From an uncultured virus (IMG/VR IMGVR_UViG_3300042367_000583) (lineage: Duplodnaviria > Heunggongvirae > Uroviricota > Caudoviricetes), in the IMG/VR virus record IMGVR_UViG_3300042367_000583, positions 1-64,000 of that record: 64,000 bases of DNA. One strand, 5' to 3'. Of this stretch, positions 18,929 through 28,032 are shown one piece after another. Numbering within the stretch: the first letter of the stretch is position 1; each line of letters begins with the position of its first letter. A program made the translations under genes and the position numbers. The notes beneath the pieces are model-generated. The model was not told the DNA's origin. It made no database searches and saw nothing but the letters and a program-made list of their open reading frames with translations.

Positions 18929-19112
18929 TGGTAGCGCATCCACGTTCCCAAATGATACCAGAAGTATTAATGTTAATACGCTCTATTTCGATTGGATTGT
19001 CATTTTTGCCGCTAAAATATTTACACCAATGCCAGATAGCCTCTGGCTCTGATTTTGCTGCAATAAGAAGACCAAATGAAGTAACTGAATCTTTAATTAA
19101 GTACAGATCCAT
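18918..19112 (-). CDS. Hypothetical protein
   Basis: GAGG RBS; convergent with terL. Confidence 0.55.
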   Translation of the reverse strand: MDLYLIKDSVTSFGLLIAAKSEPEAIWHWCKYFSGKNDNPIEIERININTSGIIWERGCATTNP

Positions 19113-19141
19113 AAATCCTCGTTAATAGTTGTAAAAATATT

Positions 19142-19432
19142 CTAATAAATCAAATTGATTAGAGACTCTCGATAAAGTCTTTCGCGCTCTATCCAGAAAC
19201 GAGCAGAAGGTACGCCTAAAGCTAATTCCATTTTATAAGCAATACAAACAGTAATTTCTGCTTTACCTTTTATGAGTTGATCAATAGTCTTTTTCGGCAA
19301 CCCCATGCGACTAGCAAATTCAGTTCTAGTTATTTTTCTTTCTTTTAGGATGTCACTAAGGGTTTCTCCCGGTGGAGAAACCCAATCTGGTGTATATTTA
19401 TTTTCAATAGTATTAGTCATGGATTTGATCAA
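19142..19432 (-). CDS. HigA/VapI-family HTH antitoxin-like protein
   Basis: SPPGETL...FASRMG...LIKGKAEIT..IA.KMELALG.SARFW. Confidence 0.85.
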   Translation of the reverse strand: MIKSMTNTIENKYTPDWVSPPGETLSDILKERKITRTEFASRMGLPKKTIDQLIKGKAEITVCIAYKMELALGVPSARFWIERERLYRESLINLIY

Positions 19433-19970
19433 TAGTTACAAAATAATCATAAACAAAATAATTGACAACTTTAATAGCTTCCTTGACTTTTGGAATAAAG
19501 TCAATATCTAAGTTAATAAACATAAAAGGGTCTTCTGTTTTTTTTGTGTTTTTTAGTTTATGATAGCACGAAATATCTAGTAATAAAATATCTCCTGCTT
19601 TTAAAACCAATCTTTGTGTATCTTTTCTTTGGACTAATAAAGAGTTTATTTGATCATCCATACTTTTAAAGGGAGTATAATTTTTTAAGAGTTTTTCTAA
19701 AGTATTATTGTTTACTGTAGAAGAGTAGAGTTCATAGTTGTCACTCTGAACAACTAAAATAATTGAATATTTTCTACCCTTATAAATGTCGTCAGTGTGC
19801 CAATTTACTCCTATCGTTCCCCATGAAGCATAAGAGTCTTCGCACGTATCATAAAGAGGGTGTATATTGTTATGTGTTACAAAACACTTAGTGGTATAAC
19901 AAGAATCAGTTGCTATTTTGTTTAACCTGTCTAAATTGTGATATTTGCCTAATTTATACAGAGGTTTCAT
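19413..19970 (-). CDS. Putative 2OG-Fe(II) oxygenase / cupin
   Basis: WHTD (HxD) plus distal LKAGDILLL...YH. Confidence 0.6.
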   Translation of the reverse strand: MKPLYKLGKYHNLDRLNKIATDSCYTTKCFVTHNNIHPLYDTCEDSYASWGTIGVNWHTDDIYKGRKYSIILVVQSDNYELYSSTVNNNTLEKLLKNYTPFKSMDDQINSLLVQRKDTQRLVLKAGDILLLDISCYHKLKNTKKTEDPFMFINLDIDFIPKVKEAIKVVNYFVYDYFVTIDQIHD

Positions 19971-20021
19971 TTTTTATTTGGTTGATGACTGTTGACTGAT
20001 AACTGATAACTGATCGATAAA

Positions 20022-20489
20022 CTAAGTAAATAATCTTGATGCAATACTAAGTAAATACACCCATTCTTCTTCAAGCATCAACATCATTCCAGAAGGATCG
20101 GGATTAGTAAGTAAGCAAAAGCTTACTTCGTCTATGGGATTACCATCGTAGAATAACTCAATATCAGTATTTGGGAAAAATGCAAAAAAGGCAAACTTAA
20201 AGTCGGCATTTTGGCGATTTTCGCAGGTTAGTGTAGCAAAATGATCTGAATTTGAACTTATTTTTAGTTTCCAGTCAATAATTAAAGGAAAATCTTCTTT
20301 GCAATGTTCTCTTTCCTTTACCCATTTAGCAATTTCGTCGATTATCCATTTTTGATCCTTTTGGATAAAATAATGAACTCCTTCTGAGTATTTAAAAGGA
20401 TAAATTAACTTTGTTTCGTACCAGGTTAACTTGAACTCTTGCGGGGCTGAGTCAATCTTAGGGAATTGTCCTATATCCATCATTGTCAT
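20022..20489 (-). CDS. DUF6876-like hypothetical protein
   Basis: YSEGV.Y......WIIDEIA...WKL...ATLTCE...TD...LMLEEE pattern. Confidence 0.55.
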   Translation of the reverse strand: MTMMDIGQFPKIDSAPQEFKLTWYETKLIYPFKYSEGVHYFIQKDQKWIIDEIAKWVKEREHCKEDFPLIIDWKLKISSNSDHFATLTCENRQNADFKFAFFAFFPNTDIELFYDGNPIDEVSFCLLTNPDPSGMMLMLEEEWVYLLSIASRLFT

Positions 20490-20543
20490 TCTTTTACTCC
20501 TAAATAATTTGTTTACTGTTAGCTGATAACTGATAACTGATAA

Positions 20544-21830
20544 CTATTTTTTGAGAATGAGTTTAGGCTTTTTGCTAAACTCAACTGGTAGGTTTTTTTG
20601 CCGGCAGACAGTCCGGCAATCTGTCCATCTTTTACCGACCTTAGCAAGATAGGAGTCTTGGTTCCACTCCACCTTGTACCCTGCTTTTTCGCAGGCTGCC
20701 TTATAAGGAAGTTGGGATTCCTTCTGTTGAGCAGTAATCTGCTCTTCTTCAGCCTTTTTTAAGGCTTCTAGCTCGTTTTTCTGAGACTTGAAGGTTATGG
20801 CTTCAACTACTGCTCGATGCAGTTCGGTGGCATCCTTCGGAAAGGATTCATAGCCATTTCTTAAATCGCGGCTACGGACTACCACCCGTCTTTCCTCGCC
20901 ACTTGTAAGTCTTATTTGAATCCCTAGAGATAGGGATTCTTCGACAAGTTGGGGGAATCCCACCCCAAAATCTTCAATCAATTTTTGATTTGCTGAAATA
21001 GGAGCAGGTTCGGGTTCGGAAACCGCTTCTACTTTAGGATTTTCTATATCCCATTTTTTTCTGGTCCAGTAACCAGAATGATGATTCAAAGCCCAGTCTT
21101 TTTCCGATCTGGGTTTTGGAGGGTTTCTTAATGTTTTGGCTTCCCCACTGGGAAGCTGGTAGTTTACGACCCGAACGGTCACATAACCGCCATGGGATCT
21201 CGATCCCATTCCGTCAGATGAAGGGGTATCTGATCCTTCGGAATAGAACCTTTCGGTTCTTTCATTGATTATTGTGCCGTGTGTCACGACATAATAATCG
21301 CTATTTTCATAACGGTCCCATTTTTTTAACCTATCTTTGATTGACAGGTAACTACCCCATTCCTTTTCCCGCGCCTCTTCCCGCGCTTCTACGGCTCTTT
21401 TTTCCGCTTTTTCTCTTTCGGCTTGGCTGGCCAGCCAAGCCTCTTTCGCCTTCCTAGAAGCTTCTTTAGAAGCCTCTAAAGAGTCCAGATAATCATTAAT
21501 TATCTGGTTGATAATTTCATCTTCGAAACCTACTGAGTAGGTTAGGGAATTGAGATCAATTCCCCAAGCATCTGCCCACAGGTTTCCGTCTGTAGTCATT
21601 TCCTCCTCGCTCGGTAAATATAAACCAGCGTAATCGCCGGTTAGTTGAGCCATTTCTGTCGTAACAGAAATCTCAGCCCAACTGGCGGTGGGGAGAGGGA
21701 CGAGGCGGGGTTCAAACCCGTCATCGTACCAAAAACACCCCCCTTGTACCGCGATTACGCGGGTTTCAAACAAGAGACTTTCGTCTTCTTGGTCAAAGGG
21801 GATGTCTGCGAGAGTGATCTGAGATTTCAT
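20544..21830 (-). CDS. Hypothetical protein (visibly higher GC than flanks)
   Basis: 428-aa ORF between promoter cassette A and heptamer repeats. Confidence 0.75.
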   Translation of the reverse strand: MKSQITLADIPFDQEDESLLFETRVIAVQGGCFWYDDGFEPRLVPLPTASWAEISVTTEMAQLTGDYAGLYLPSEEEMTTDGNLWADAWGIDLNSLTYSVGFEDEIINQIINDYLDSLEASKEASRKAKEAWLASQAEREKAEKRAVEAREEAREKEWGSYLSIKDRLKKWDRYENSDYYVVTHGTIINERTERFYSEGSDTPSSDGMGSRSHGGYVTVRVVNYQLPSGEAKTLRNPPKPRSEKDWALNHHSGYWTRKKWDIENPKVEAVSEPEPAPISANQKLIEDFGVGFPQLVEESLSLGIQIRLTSGEERRVVVRSRDLRNGYESFPKDATELHRAVVEAITFKSQKNELEALKKAEEEQITAQQKESQLPYKAACEKAGYKVEWNQDSYLAKVGKRWTDCRTVCRQKNLPVEFSKKPKLILKK

Positions 21831-21843
21831 TGTTTTAATCCTT

Positions 21844-21930
21844 GTGTGTTTGTTTGTCTATACTTATCTTATGATATTCTCCCAGTAATGTCAACTATCT
21901 GGGAGAATCTTTTTTCTGAACGTTTGTACT
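21844..21930 (-). promoter_or_regulatory. Promoter/operator cassette A
   Basis: TTGACA-17-TAAGAT plus inverted repeat. Confidence 0.82.
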
Positions 21931-22000
21931 ACTTATTAATCCCAAATAGTTGATAATGATAACTGATAACCTTAATCTTCTATGCGCCAATCTGCATTTG

Positions 22001-22354
22001 CTACAGCATCATCTTATTAGGTTTCACTTCGTTGAGTACTGATTGGACAACCTCCCCCTTTATCTGTTTTGCACACAAATATCCTCTATTTCCGTCAGAA
22101 CGACGGTAGTTCAGCTCGGTAAATGTTCCACACCTTGTGGATGGAAGCAATAATACTTTTGGGTTTTCGTGTCCTTGTAACGTTAGGTAGCGATTAGCTT
22201 TATGGAGTGTTTGACCTACTCCAAACACTACCATCCCGATTAGGGTAGCAATCAAAAGATAATACGTGTTCTCTAGCATCGCAATTGTCCTAAGTATTTT
22301 CCTGGATTCCTCGTTCATATCCTCATCAGTGCCTAGAATTGAGCCGCTAGGCAT
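22001..22354 (-). CDS. Hypothetical membrane protein
   Basis: One hydrophobic segment (YYLLIATLIGMVVFGV). Confidence 0.5.
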   Translation of the reverse strand: MPSGSILGTDEDMNEESRKILRTIAMLENTYYLLIATLIGMVVFGVGQTLHKANRYLTLQGHENPKVLLLPSTRCGTFTELNYRRSDGNRGYLCAKQIKGEVVQSVLNEVKPNKMML

Positions 22355-22381
22355 ACGGGAAAAGTTCCCGTTTCGGATTGG

Positions 22382-22768
22382 CTAGGGCTTTTGTAAAAAC
22401 AAACAGCCTAAAACATTTGAGGGGTTAGACTCATCCCGGACGATTGCACCGGGGGCAAGGCAGTCCGTCCGTCCTTGTTTACTAGCGGCCGCCGCCACTA
22501 GCCCAGAGACAATGTAGAAAGTTTCCCCGTCTGCATCTGGTAGCCCCTCAATATCCCCGTAAATAACGGTTTCTACTGGGATACCGTCAATGGGTTCTGC
22601 GGGTTCGTTGGACATTTTAACTCGCGGGAGAATCCCCGATGCGGGAATTTCCTTAAGAATCACAATCTTCTCTTTGTTTCCCAGAAACTGTTTCTTTGCA
22701 TCTTGGGTGATGCCAGCTTCTTTGTTTAATATGGTGATAGTGTGAGGGGTTGCGTTGACAATAGCCAT
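22382..22768 (-). CDS. NxTPH-family small protein, candidate Crn4-like ring nuclease
   Basis: Likely start MAIVNATPH at 22768 (TTAGGAG RBS); P.SG..PR, EGLP, YIVS..VA, R.D...P...VRD...GC motifs. Confidence 0.55.
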   Translation of the reverse strand: MAIVNATPHTITILNKEAGITQDAKKQFLGNKEKIVILKEIPASGILPRVKMSNEPAEPIDGIPVETVIYGDIEGLPDADGETFYIVSGLVAAAASKQGRTDCLAPGAIVRDESNPSNVLGCLFLQKP

Positions 22769-22823
22769 GGTTTTTACTCCTAAATAATTGTTAGCTGACA
22801 ACTGATAACTGATAACTAATTCA

Positions 22824-23351
22824 TTAATCACAAACTACCCGAAAACCAGTATTGCAGCAAGATTCTTCAAAATAGAGGTAACTAAGTTGTGCCGCACAAC
22901 ATCTATAGGAGTCGGTGTCAAATCCGCCCCCACGGGGAACCTTTTGACACCATTCCCAGACGTTGCCGTGCATATCGTACAATCCCCAAGCATTGGGCTT
23001 TTTCTGACCCACAGGATGAGTTATTAATCCAGAGTTATCTTCGTACCAAGCGTAATCTTTTAGCTGATCGAAATCATTACCAAAGCTAAATAGGGTTTCT
23101 GTACCAGCGCGACAGGCATATTCCCATTCTGAATTTGTAGGTAGGCGATAGTTTTTCCCTGTTATTCGTCTCAATTTCTGGTAAAAAGCTACGGCATTAT
23201 CATAACTAACTTGTTCTACTGGATTTTGGGGTTTGTTTATGAAATAAGAGGGGTTGTTTCCCATTACCTCTTGATATTGTTCCTGAGTAATGGGATATTT
23301 GCCAATTTTAAAGGTTACATTCGGAATCTCTATCATTTCAATCTCAATCAT
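22824..23351 (-). CDS. FGE-sulfatase / CLec protein, paralog of 8768..9370
   Basis: RLPTNSEWEYACRAG, PNAWGLYDMHGNVWEW, GFRVVCD. Confidence 0.9.
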   Translation of the reverse strand: MIEIEMIEIPNVTFKIGKYPITQEQYQEVMGNNPSYFINKPQNPVEQVSYDNAVAFYQKLRRITGKNYRLPTNSEWEYACRAGTETLFSFGNDFDQLKDYAWYEDNSGLITHPVGQKKPNAWGLYDMHGNVWEWCQKVPRGGGFDTDSYRCCAAQLSYLYFEESCCNTGFRVVCD

Positions 23352-23395
23352 TTTTTTACTCCTAAATAATGGTTACTGATAACTGATAACTGGTA

Positions 23396-23848
23396 TTAAA
23401 ACTCTTGCCATGTCGTCGGGTCGGTCATTGGTTCGCTGTACCGACTTAAATCCGATGGTTCGTTATCATCGTAAATAAAATCGTCGTTCGGTTCGTTACT
23501 AGGAATCTCATAGTAGCGTCCGCCGCAATCCACAAAGCCCATCGTAACGGGTTGAAATTCGATTGCGGGTAATTCCTGGTTGGGAAGTTTTCCGTCGGGG
23601 CTGAAACCCCGACTTAACTTGCCATTAAAGGCATCAAACCACCACTCCTTCCCAGTTTGCTGGCAAGTGACTCGGAGGGTCGTTATTTGTCCCTCTCCCC
23701 ATACTTCAAGAGCGACACGGTGTTTTTGTCCTTTGGCGACCATGACAAAATTACCAGACATAACGGGGACAGAGTTAGATTTGACGGATACGCGATTGGA
23801 TGCTAACATCACTTTTGACCTAATAAGGGTTGACGGAAAGGCGATCAC
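23396..23848 (-). CDS. Hypothetical protein
   Basis: First gene after the promoter at 23891-23919. Confidence 0.6.
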   Translation of the reverse strand: MIAFPSTLIRSKVMLASNRVSVKSNSVPVMSGNFVMVAKGQKHRVALEVWGEGQITTLRVTCQQTGKEWWFDAFNGKLSRGFSPDGKLPNQELPAIEFQPVTMGFVDCGGRYYEIPSNEPNDDFIYDDNEPSDLSRYSEPMTDPTTWQEF

Positions 23849-23890
23849 ACTAATTTGCAGTTGGGAGTGGTCGTCTTTCTCTATATCTGT

Positions 23891-23919
23891 ATAGTAGCAT
23901 CATGTTAATAGTATGTCAA
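23891..23919 (-). promoter_or_regulatory. Sigma70 promoter divergent from the XRE gene
   Basis: TTGACA-17-TACTAT with extended TG. Confidence 0.7.
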
Positions 23920-23970
23920 GTATTATTCTAAAAAAAGTTATACTAAATATATTGAGTGTAAAACAATACA

Positions 23971-24174
23971 ATGGTACTACAAAACAGGGTCAAGGAATTT
24001 ACAGAATCTAGAGGGATCACGGTTTACCGATTTATCAAGGATACGGGTATCGCACCCAATACGGGTTATAAATTGGCAAGAGATGCCGATCACTTACCAT
24101 CTATCACTGTCTTACAGGCAATCTGTAACAGATACGAGATACAGCCTAACGAAATTGTCTATTGGATTGATTGA
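23971..24174 (+). CDS. XRE/Cro-family HTH regulator
   Basis: RGITVYRFIKDTGIAPNTGYKL...PSITVLQAIC. Confidence 0.85.
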   Translation: MVLQNRVKEFTESRGITVYRFIKDTGIAPNTGYKLARDADHLPSITVLQAICNRYEIQPNEIVYWID

Positions 24175-24193
24175 AAGTGTGATATACTGGCAA

Positions 24194-24266
24194 GCGGGGT
24201 GAGTGAAATGGTTTCCACATAGGCCTCATAAGCCTAAAACACTAGGTTCGACTCCTAGACCCCACA
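24194..24266 (+). tRNA. tRNA with CAT anticodon (Met or Ile2)
   Basis: Cloverleaf: acceptor GCGGGGT/ACCCCAC, anticodon stem TAGGC/GCCTA with loop CTCATAA, T-arm CTAGG-TTCGACT-CCTAG; CCA not encoded. Confidence 0.85.
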
Positions 24267-24270
24267 TTAA

Positions 24271-24564
24271 TCAAGTAAAATTCCAATTAAAAGAATTATC
24301 AAATCCTTGAATGTCAGTAAGGGGTTTTTCTCCTGATTGGGTAAGTCGATAGTATCTTTTTCTAGCACCGGCTCTATCGCTAGATCGCTCGGTTCCCCGT
24401 TGAGATTTAATGAGTCCTTTTTCCTCTAATTTCTGAAATACAGGATAAAATGAGCCAATATCAAGGCTTTTACCTTTAATGTCAGCTATAGATTCAATTA
24501 TCTGCAATCCTGACAATTCTTTATTGTAGAGAGTCCGCAAAACAAGGATTTCTTTAGGGGTCAT
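24271..24564 (-). CDS. PadR-family transcriptional regulator
   Basis: GSFYPVFQKLEEKGLI...RKRYYRLTQSG. Confidence 0.9.
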   Translation of the reverse strand: MTPKEILVLRTLYNKELSGLQIIESIADIKGKSLDIGSFYPVFQKLEEKGLIKSQRGTERSSDRAGARKRYYRLTQSGEKPLTDIQGFDNSFNWNFT

Positions 24565-24638
24565 TTAAATACGGTATAATATTGGTATGCCCCCGCATTA
24601 ACGGGGGACTAATCACAATTACTATTACAGAGTAAATC

Positions 24639-25158
24639 GTGACTGATATTAGTTTACAGCGTTTTGATCACGATGGTATTGATAATTAATTATCAATACC
24701 GAGACCGGTGAGATCTTTGCCTCAATTAGTGGATATGCCCGGATGTCAGGGAAAATGCCTTCGACTATTTCTCGCCTATGAGTGGTTTGCGCGAAAAGGG
24801 TCTTGAGCAGGCTCAAATCGAGACAACAGGCGGGTTACAAGGTGTTGCGTTGATACCAGAAGATTTGATCTGTCAGTGGTTAATCAAAGACAATCACGAA
24901 CTAGCCCTAAAAGTAATGCAGTTGGGCGTTCGCTTATTCCTTCACACCTTAGCCGGTTTTCAGGTCAAAAGTGAGGCAATTGAGACTAACAAGCAACTTG
25001 AGAACCAAATCGCTGAATTGACTGCCAAAATCGACAAATTAGATTATCGAGAAGTTGACTATATCGATGAAATCCTTGGCTTAAAAGACCGAATCAAAGA
25101 GATTGAGAGCAAAAACTCTACTCTAGAGGAACAAATCGAGTTAATGGGGGGATATTAG
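24639..25158 (+). pseudogene. Frameshifted paralog of the antirepressor-like gene 13160..13864
   Basis: VTDISLQRFDHDGI / LIINTETGEIFASISGYARMSG / QIETTGGLQGVALIPEDLIC lie in three frames (shifts near 24683 and 24777). Confidence 0.8.
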
Positions 25159-25245
25159 GTAAAAAGCAGTAAACAAGGTTGTTTACTGCTAAAATAAAAA
25201 GCAATTGAAATTGATACCATAACTGGTACATAACTGATAAAGCTA

Positions 25246-25273
25246 ACCCCTGTAGTCTCTACAGGGGTTTTTT
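25246..25273 (+). terminator. Rho-independent terminator
   Basis: aacccctgtag-tct-ctacaggggtt followed by a T run. Confidence 0.85.
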
Positions 25274-25366
25274 GTTGCCTAATGTTCGGAGCTTGTTGCC
25301 TAATGTTCGGAGCTTGTTGCCTAATGTTCGGAGCTTGACTGGTTAATGTTCGGAGCTTGACTGGTT
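25272..25366. repeat. 21-bp tandem repeat (3 exact + 1.5 variant copies)
   Basis: TTGTTGCCTAATGTTCGGAGC x3, then TTGACTGGTTAATGTTCGGAGC. Confidence 0.95.
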
Positions 25367-25380
25367 GTTATTATCGTTAA

Positions 25381-26046
25381 TAGATTGTAGATAAGGATAT
25401 CTACAATGGAAGTCTTGATATATATAGGTTTCAGACTTTGTTGATGTTGTTAACGCTATCCCCGATGTTATTTTTTTACACTCTTACTGCTGACCTCGAT
25501 TAATTAGATTGTTAGTTTGTAAATAAGTTGTAAATACCCTTATTAACAAAGATGAAAAGGATGAAAGTATTGATATATATAGCTTTCATTATTTCTGTAC
25601 TTCTTTGTTGATATTGTTGATGATTACCTCGTGTGTATTTTTTGCCTTATTGTTGAGTCTGTTTCTTTTTATTGTTGACCTTGTTTGTTTTCTTTATCTT
25701 TTTCTCCTCCTATAAGGCATCGACAATATCTACAAAGTCTGAAACCTAGTCATTGCAAAGGTTTCGATTGTTAATAACCTTATTAACAATCGAATTACAA
25801 AAAGAACAAATTAGCGATAAGACACTTCTCAACACTAAAATTCTCTGATTAGCCAAAAATACGGCATTTTGTCAATAGAGTCGGTTTTGCATTTAATAAC
25901 TTTTTATTGCTGACTTTGCTGTACATCTTCTTTTTTCTTTTTTCCCTATAAAACATCGACAATATCTACAAAGTCTAAAACCTATACCCTGTAAAGCTTT
26001 CGATTGTAGATAACCTTATCTACAATCTATTTACAATCTAACAATC
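25381..26046. repeat. Non-coding array 2 of composite palindromic units
   Basis: Four units (two direct, two inverted) homologous to 12613..13055. Confidence 0.8.
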
Positions 26047-26295
26047 GCTCTGTAGTATCTGTAATATATGTAATACAGATAAGCAAAAAAAATACCGCCC
26101 TTTGTTTAGACGGTATCTCCTGTCAATCTTTAAAAAAATTCTCTCATAGTCTTAATAGAATTGTCAAGACAAAAAAAATAACCGCGCTCCCGGGTGCGGT
26201 ATAAAAGAGCGCGGCGGTATAAATTATGTTTTCCTTTTAAGTATATCTCAAAAAAGAAAATTTAATATATAATACAATAAACAGTACAGAACTTA

Positions 26296-26757
26296 TTGAT
26301 GCCACAAAAAGTCCTCACAGGCAATCTCTATTTAATAGGGCAGTCGTATCCTACGATTGCCAGTGAAACTGTTATTGAGATTAAGCAGGGAGCGACTTGG
26401 GATGAGGAGTTTTATGTTCAAGGAGATATTACGGCATGGAACATTAACTTCTATATTGCCAAACAATCAGGCGAGACTAGAATAGCTACTGGCCGGATCG
26501 AGGGGTTGCAATTTGGAGATTTTACGGTAGAGGGAGCTGAATATGAAAATTACACTTATTTTAAGTTGATTGTCGATAGTAATATTACGGCTGAAATGGA
26601 TATTACTCCGATTGCAATTAAAGAAATTACACAGCCAAAACCAGGAAGAGACTACTGGCAAGCTGACTTAGAGGCTTCTAAAACAATTGCTACTAAATTG
26701 ATAGTTCAACCTTTAGCTTTTGATCTAACTCCTGTAGTGGTAAGGGGGCAAGTCTGA
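26296..26757 (+). CDS. Putative virion structural protein (BppU-like)
   Basis: IKQGATW motif; first gene of the plus-strand fibre operon. Confidence 0.5.
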   Translation: MMPQKVLTGNLYLIGQSYPTIASETVIEIKQGATWDEEFYVQGDITAWNINFYIAKQSGETRIATGRIEGLQFGDFTVEGAEYENYTYFKLIVDSNITAEMDITPIAIKEITQPKPGRDYWQADLEASKTIATKLIVQPLAFDLTPVVVRGQV

Positions 26758-27227
26758 TGGCGGTAATTATTCAGTCCTCTGGTGCGATAGCGGAAATAAT
26801 AAGTAGTTCTCAGAAGATAATTCTTTCAGCTACTTTAGGGAATGCCGGCTGGTCTCCTATTCTTTCTTTAATTTCTGACGGCAATCGTCGGGTACTGCAA
26901 GTATCTGATTGGGTAGGCGGTTCTGGTTCGCCACCGGCTATTGGTGGGTATATTGGGAATAATGGCATAGTTCTATCGATTACCGATGCGATTAATATTC
27001 GTGGCGAAAAAGGTGAGCAGGGAGAGCCAAGTCCTTCCTATCTACACACTCAATCCACTAATTCAGATAGTTGGCTAATTAACCATAATTTAAATGCCTA
27101 TCCTCAAATTCAATTATTTAGTTTAGGTTGGGTTAAAATTTATGCCGATGAACAGCATTTGTCTTTGAATACTACCCAAGTTTCTTTTTCTTATCCTGCC
27201 GTAGGATATGCAATTCTTTCTTTATAG
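26757..27227 (+). CDS. Putative tail fibre-associated protein
   Basis: Short collagen stretch GEKGEQGEP plus W.INHNL..YP domain. Confidence 0.6.
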   Translation: MAVIIQSSGAIAEIISSSQKIILSATLGNAGWSPILSLISDGNRRVLQVSDWVGGSGSPPAIGGYIGNNGIVLSITDAINIRGEKGEQGEPSPSYLHTQSTNSDSWLINHNLNAYPQIQLFSLGWVKIYADEQHLSLNTTQVSFSYPAVGYAILSL

Positions 27228-27236
27228 AGGTAAATT

Positions 27237-28031
27237 ATGCCCCGATTTGATAACAACGTTACTTTTGGGACTAACGCGACGGCAAAAGTCCCTAATCCAC
27301 AGAGTGCATACGACGCTGTAAACCTTGGATTTATAGAAGATTATTTTACTGGATTAAATGAGAAGGCGGCGGTTTTAGCTTCATCCTCTGGTAATATCAA
27401 TTTAGATGCTCCAGGATCGACTATTGGGGGAGTAACGATGTCCCTTAATGGCCGTTTTTTAGCACTTAGTCAAACAAATAACACTCAAAACGGGATTTAT
27501 ATTTGGAACGGGGCTTCTGTACCAGCAACGCGAAGTTCTGATGCAAATACTTCTACTGAGTTAAATAATGCCACTGTTTATGTTCCCGATTCTACGGGGA
27601 CAACTATCGGTGCGACTTATCGACAAATTACCCGAAATCCAATAATAGGAACCGATCCGATTATCTGGACTATTTACGGAAATTCTGTCCCTGATGCAAC
27701 GACAACTACTCCGGGAAGAGTAACTTTAGCAGCCTCGACAAATATTAATAACAATACCGATGTAGGTAAAGTTGTTACTGTGGAAGCTTTGCTAGGTTCA
27801 AATGTAATTAAACGACAAGCTAAAGCCACAATTGGCAATGGCACTGACAGCACTTTCCCTATCAGCCACACGTTTAATACTTTTGATGTTGATGTAAAAG
27901 TCCGCAGAACTGCTGGCGATCGAGCCGATGTATATCCAGATATTACAAGGCCAACTACCGGATCAATTACGGTTACTTTTAGCTATGTTCCGACTGCTGG
28001 AGAGTTTACTGTATTGTTAGAGGCTTATTGA
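27237..28031 (+). CDS. Putative tail fibre / decoration protein
   Basis: DAVN..F, QT..TQNGIY.W, DATTTTPG and C-terminal ISHTF domain. Confidence 0.65.
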   Translation: MPRFDNNVTFGTNATAKVPNPQSAYDAVNLGFIEDYFTGLNEKAAVLASSSGNINLDAPGSTIGGVTMSLNGRFLALSQTNNTQNGIYIWNGASVPATRSSDANTSTELNNATVYVPDSTGTTIGATYRQITRNPIIGTDPIIWTIYGNSVPDATTTTPGRVTLAASTNINNNTDVGKVVTVEALLGSNVIKRQAKATIGNGTDSTFPISHTFNTFDVDVKVRRTAGDRADVYPDITRPTTGSITVTFSYVPTAGEFTVLLEAY

Positions 28032-28032
28032 T

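Noticed and set aside
22769..22831. N-terminal extension of ORF 22382..22831 (similarly 36452..36508 for nblA)
   Set aside because: Runs through the intergenic linker and RBS; the downstream ATG has a strong RBS
8768..23351. Complete DGR, with one paralog serving as template for the other
   Set aside because: No RT or AAC-rich template seen; the paralogs differ at non-adenine positions
24194..24266. tRNA as prophage attachment site
   Set aside because: Phage genes lie on both sides; no duplicated 3' end or integrase seen
25272..25366. CRISPR array
   Set aside because: Contiguous tandem units without spacers
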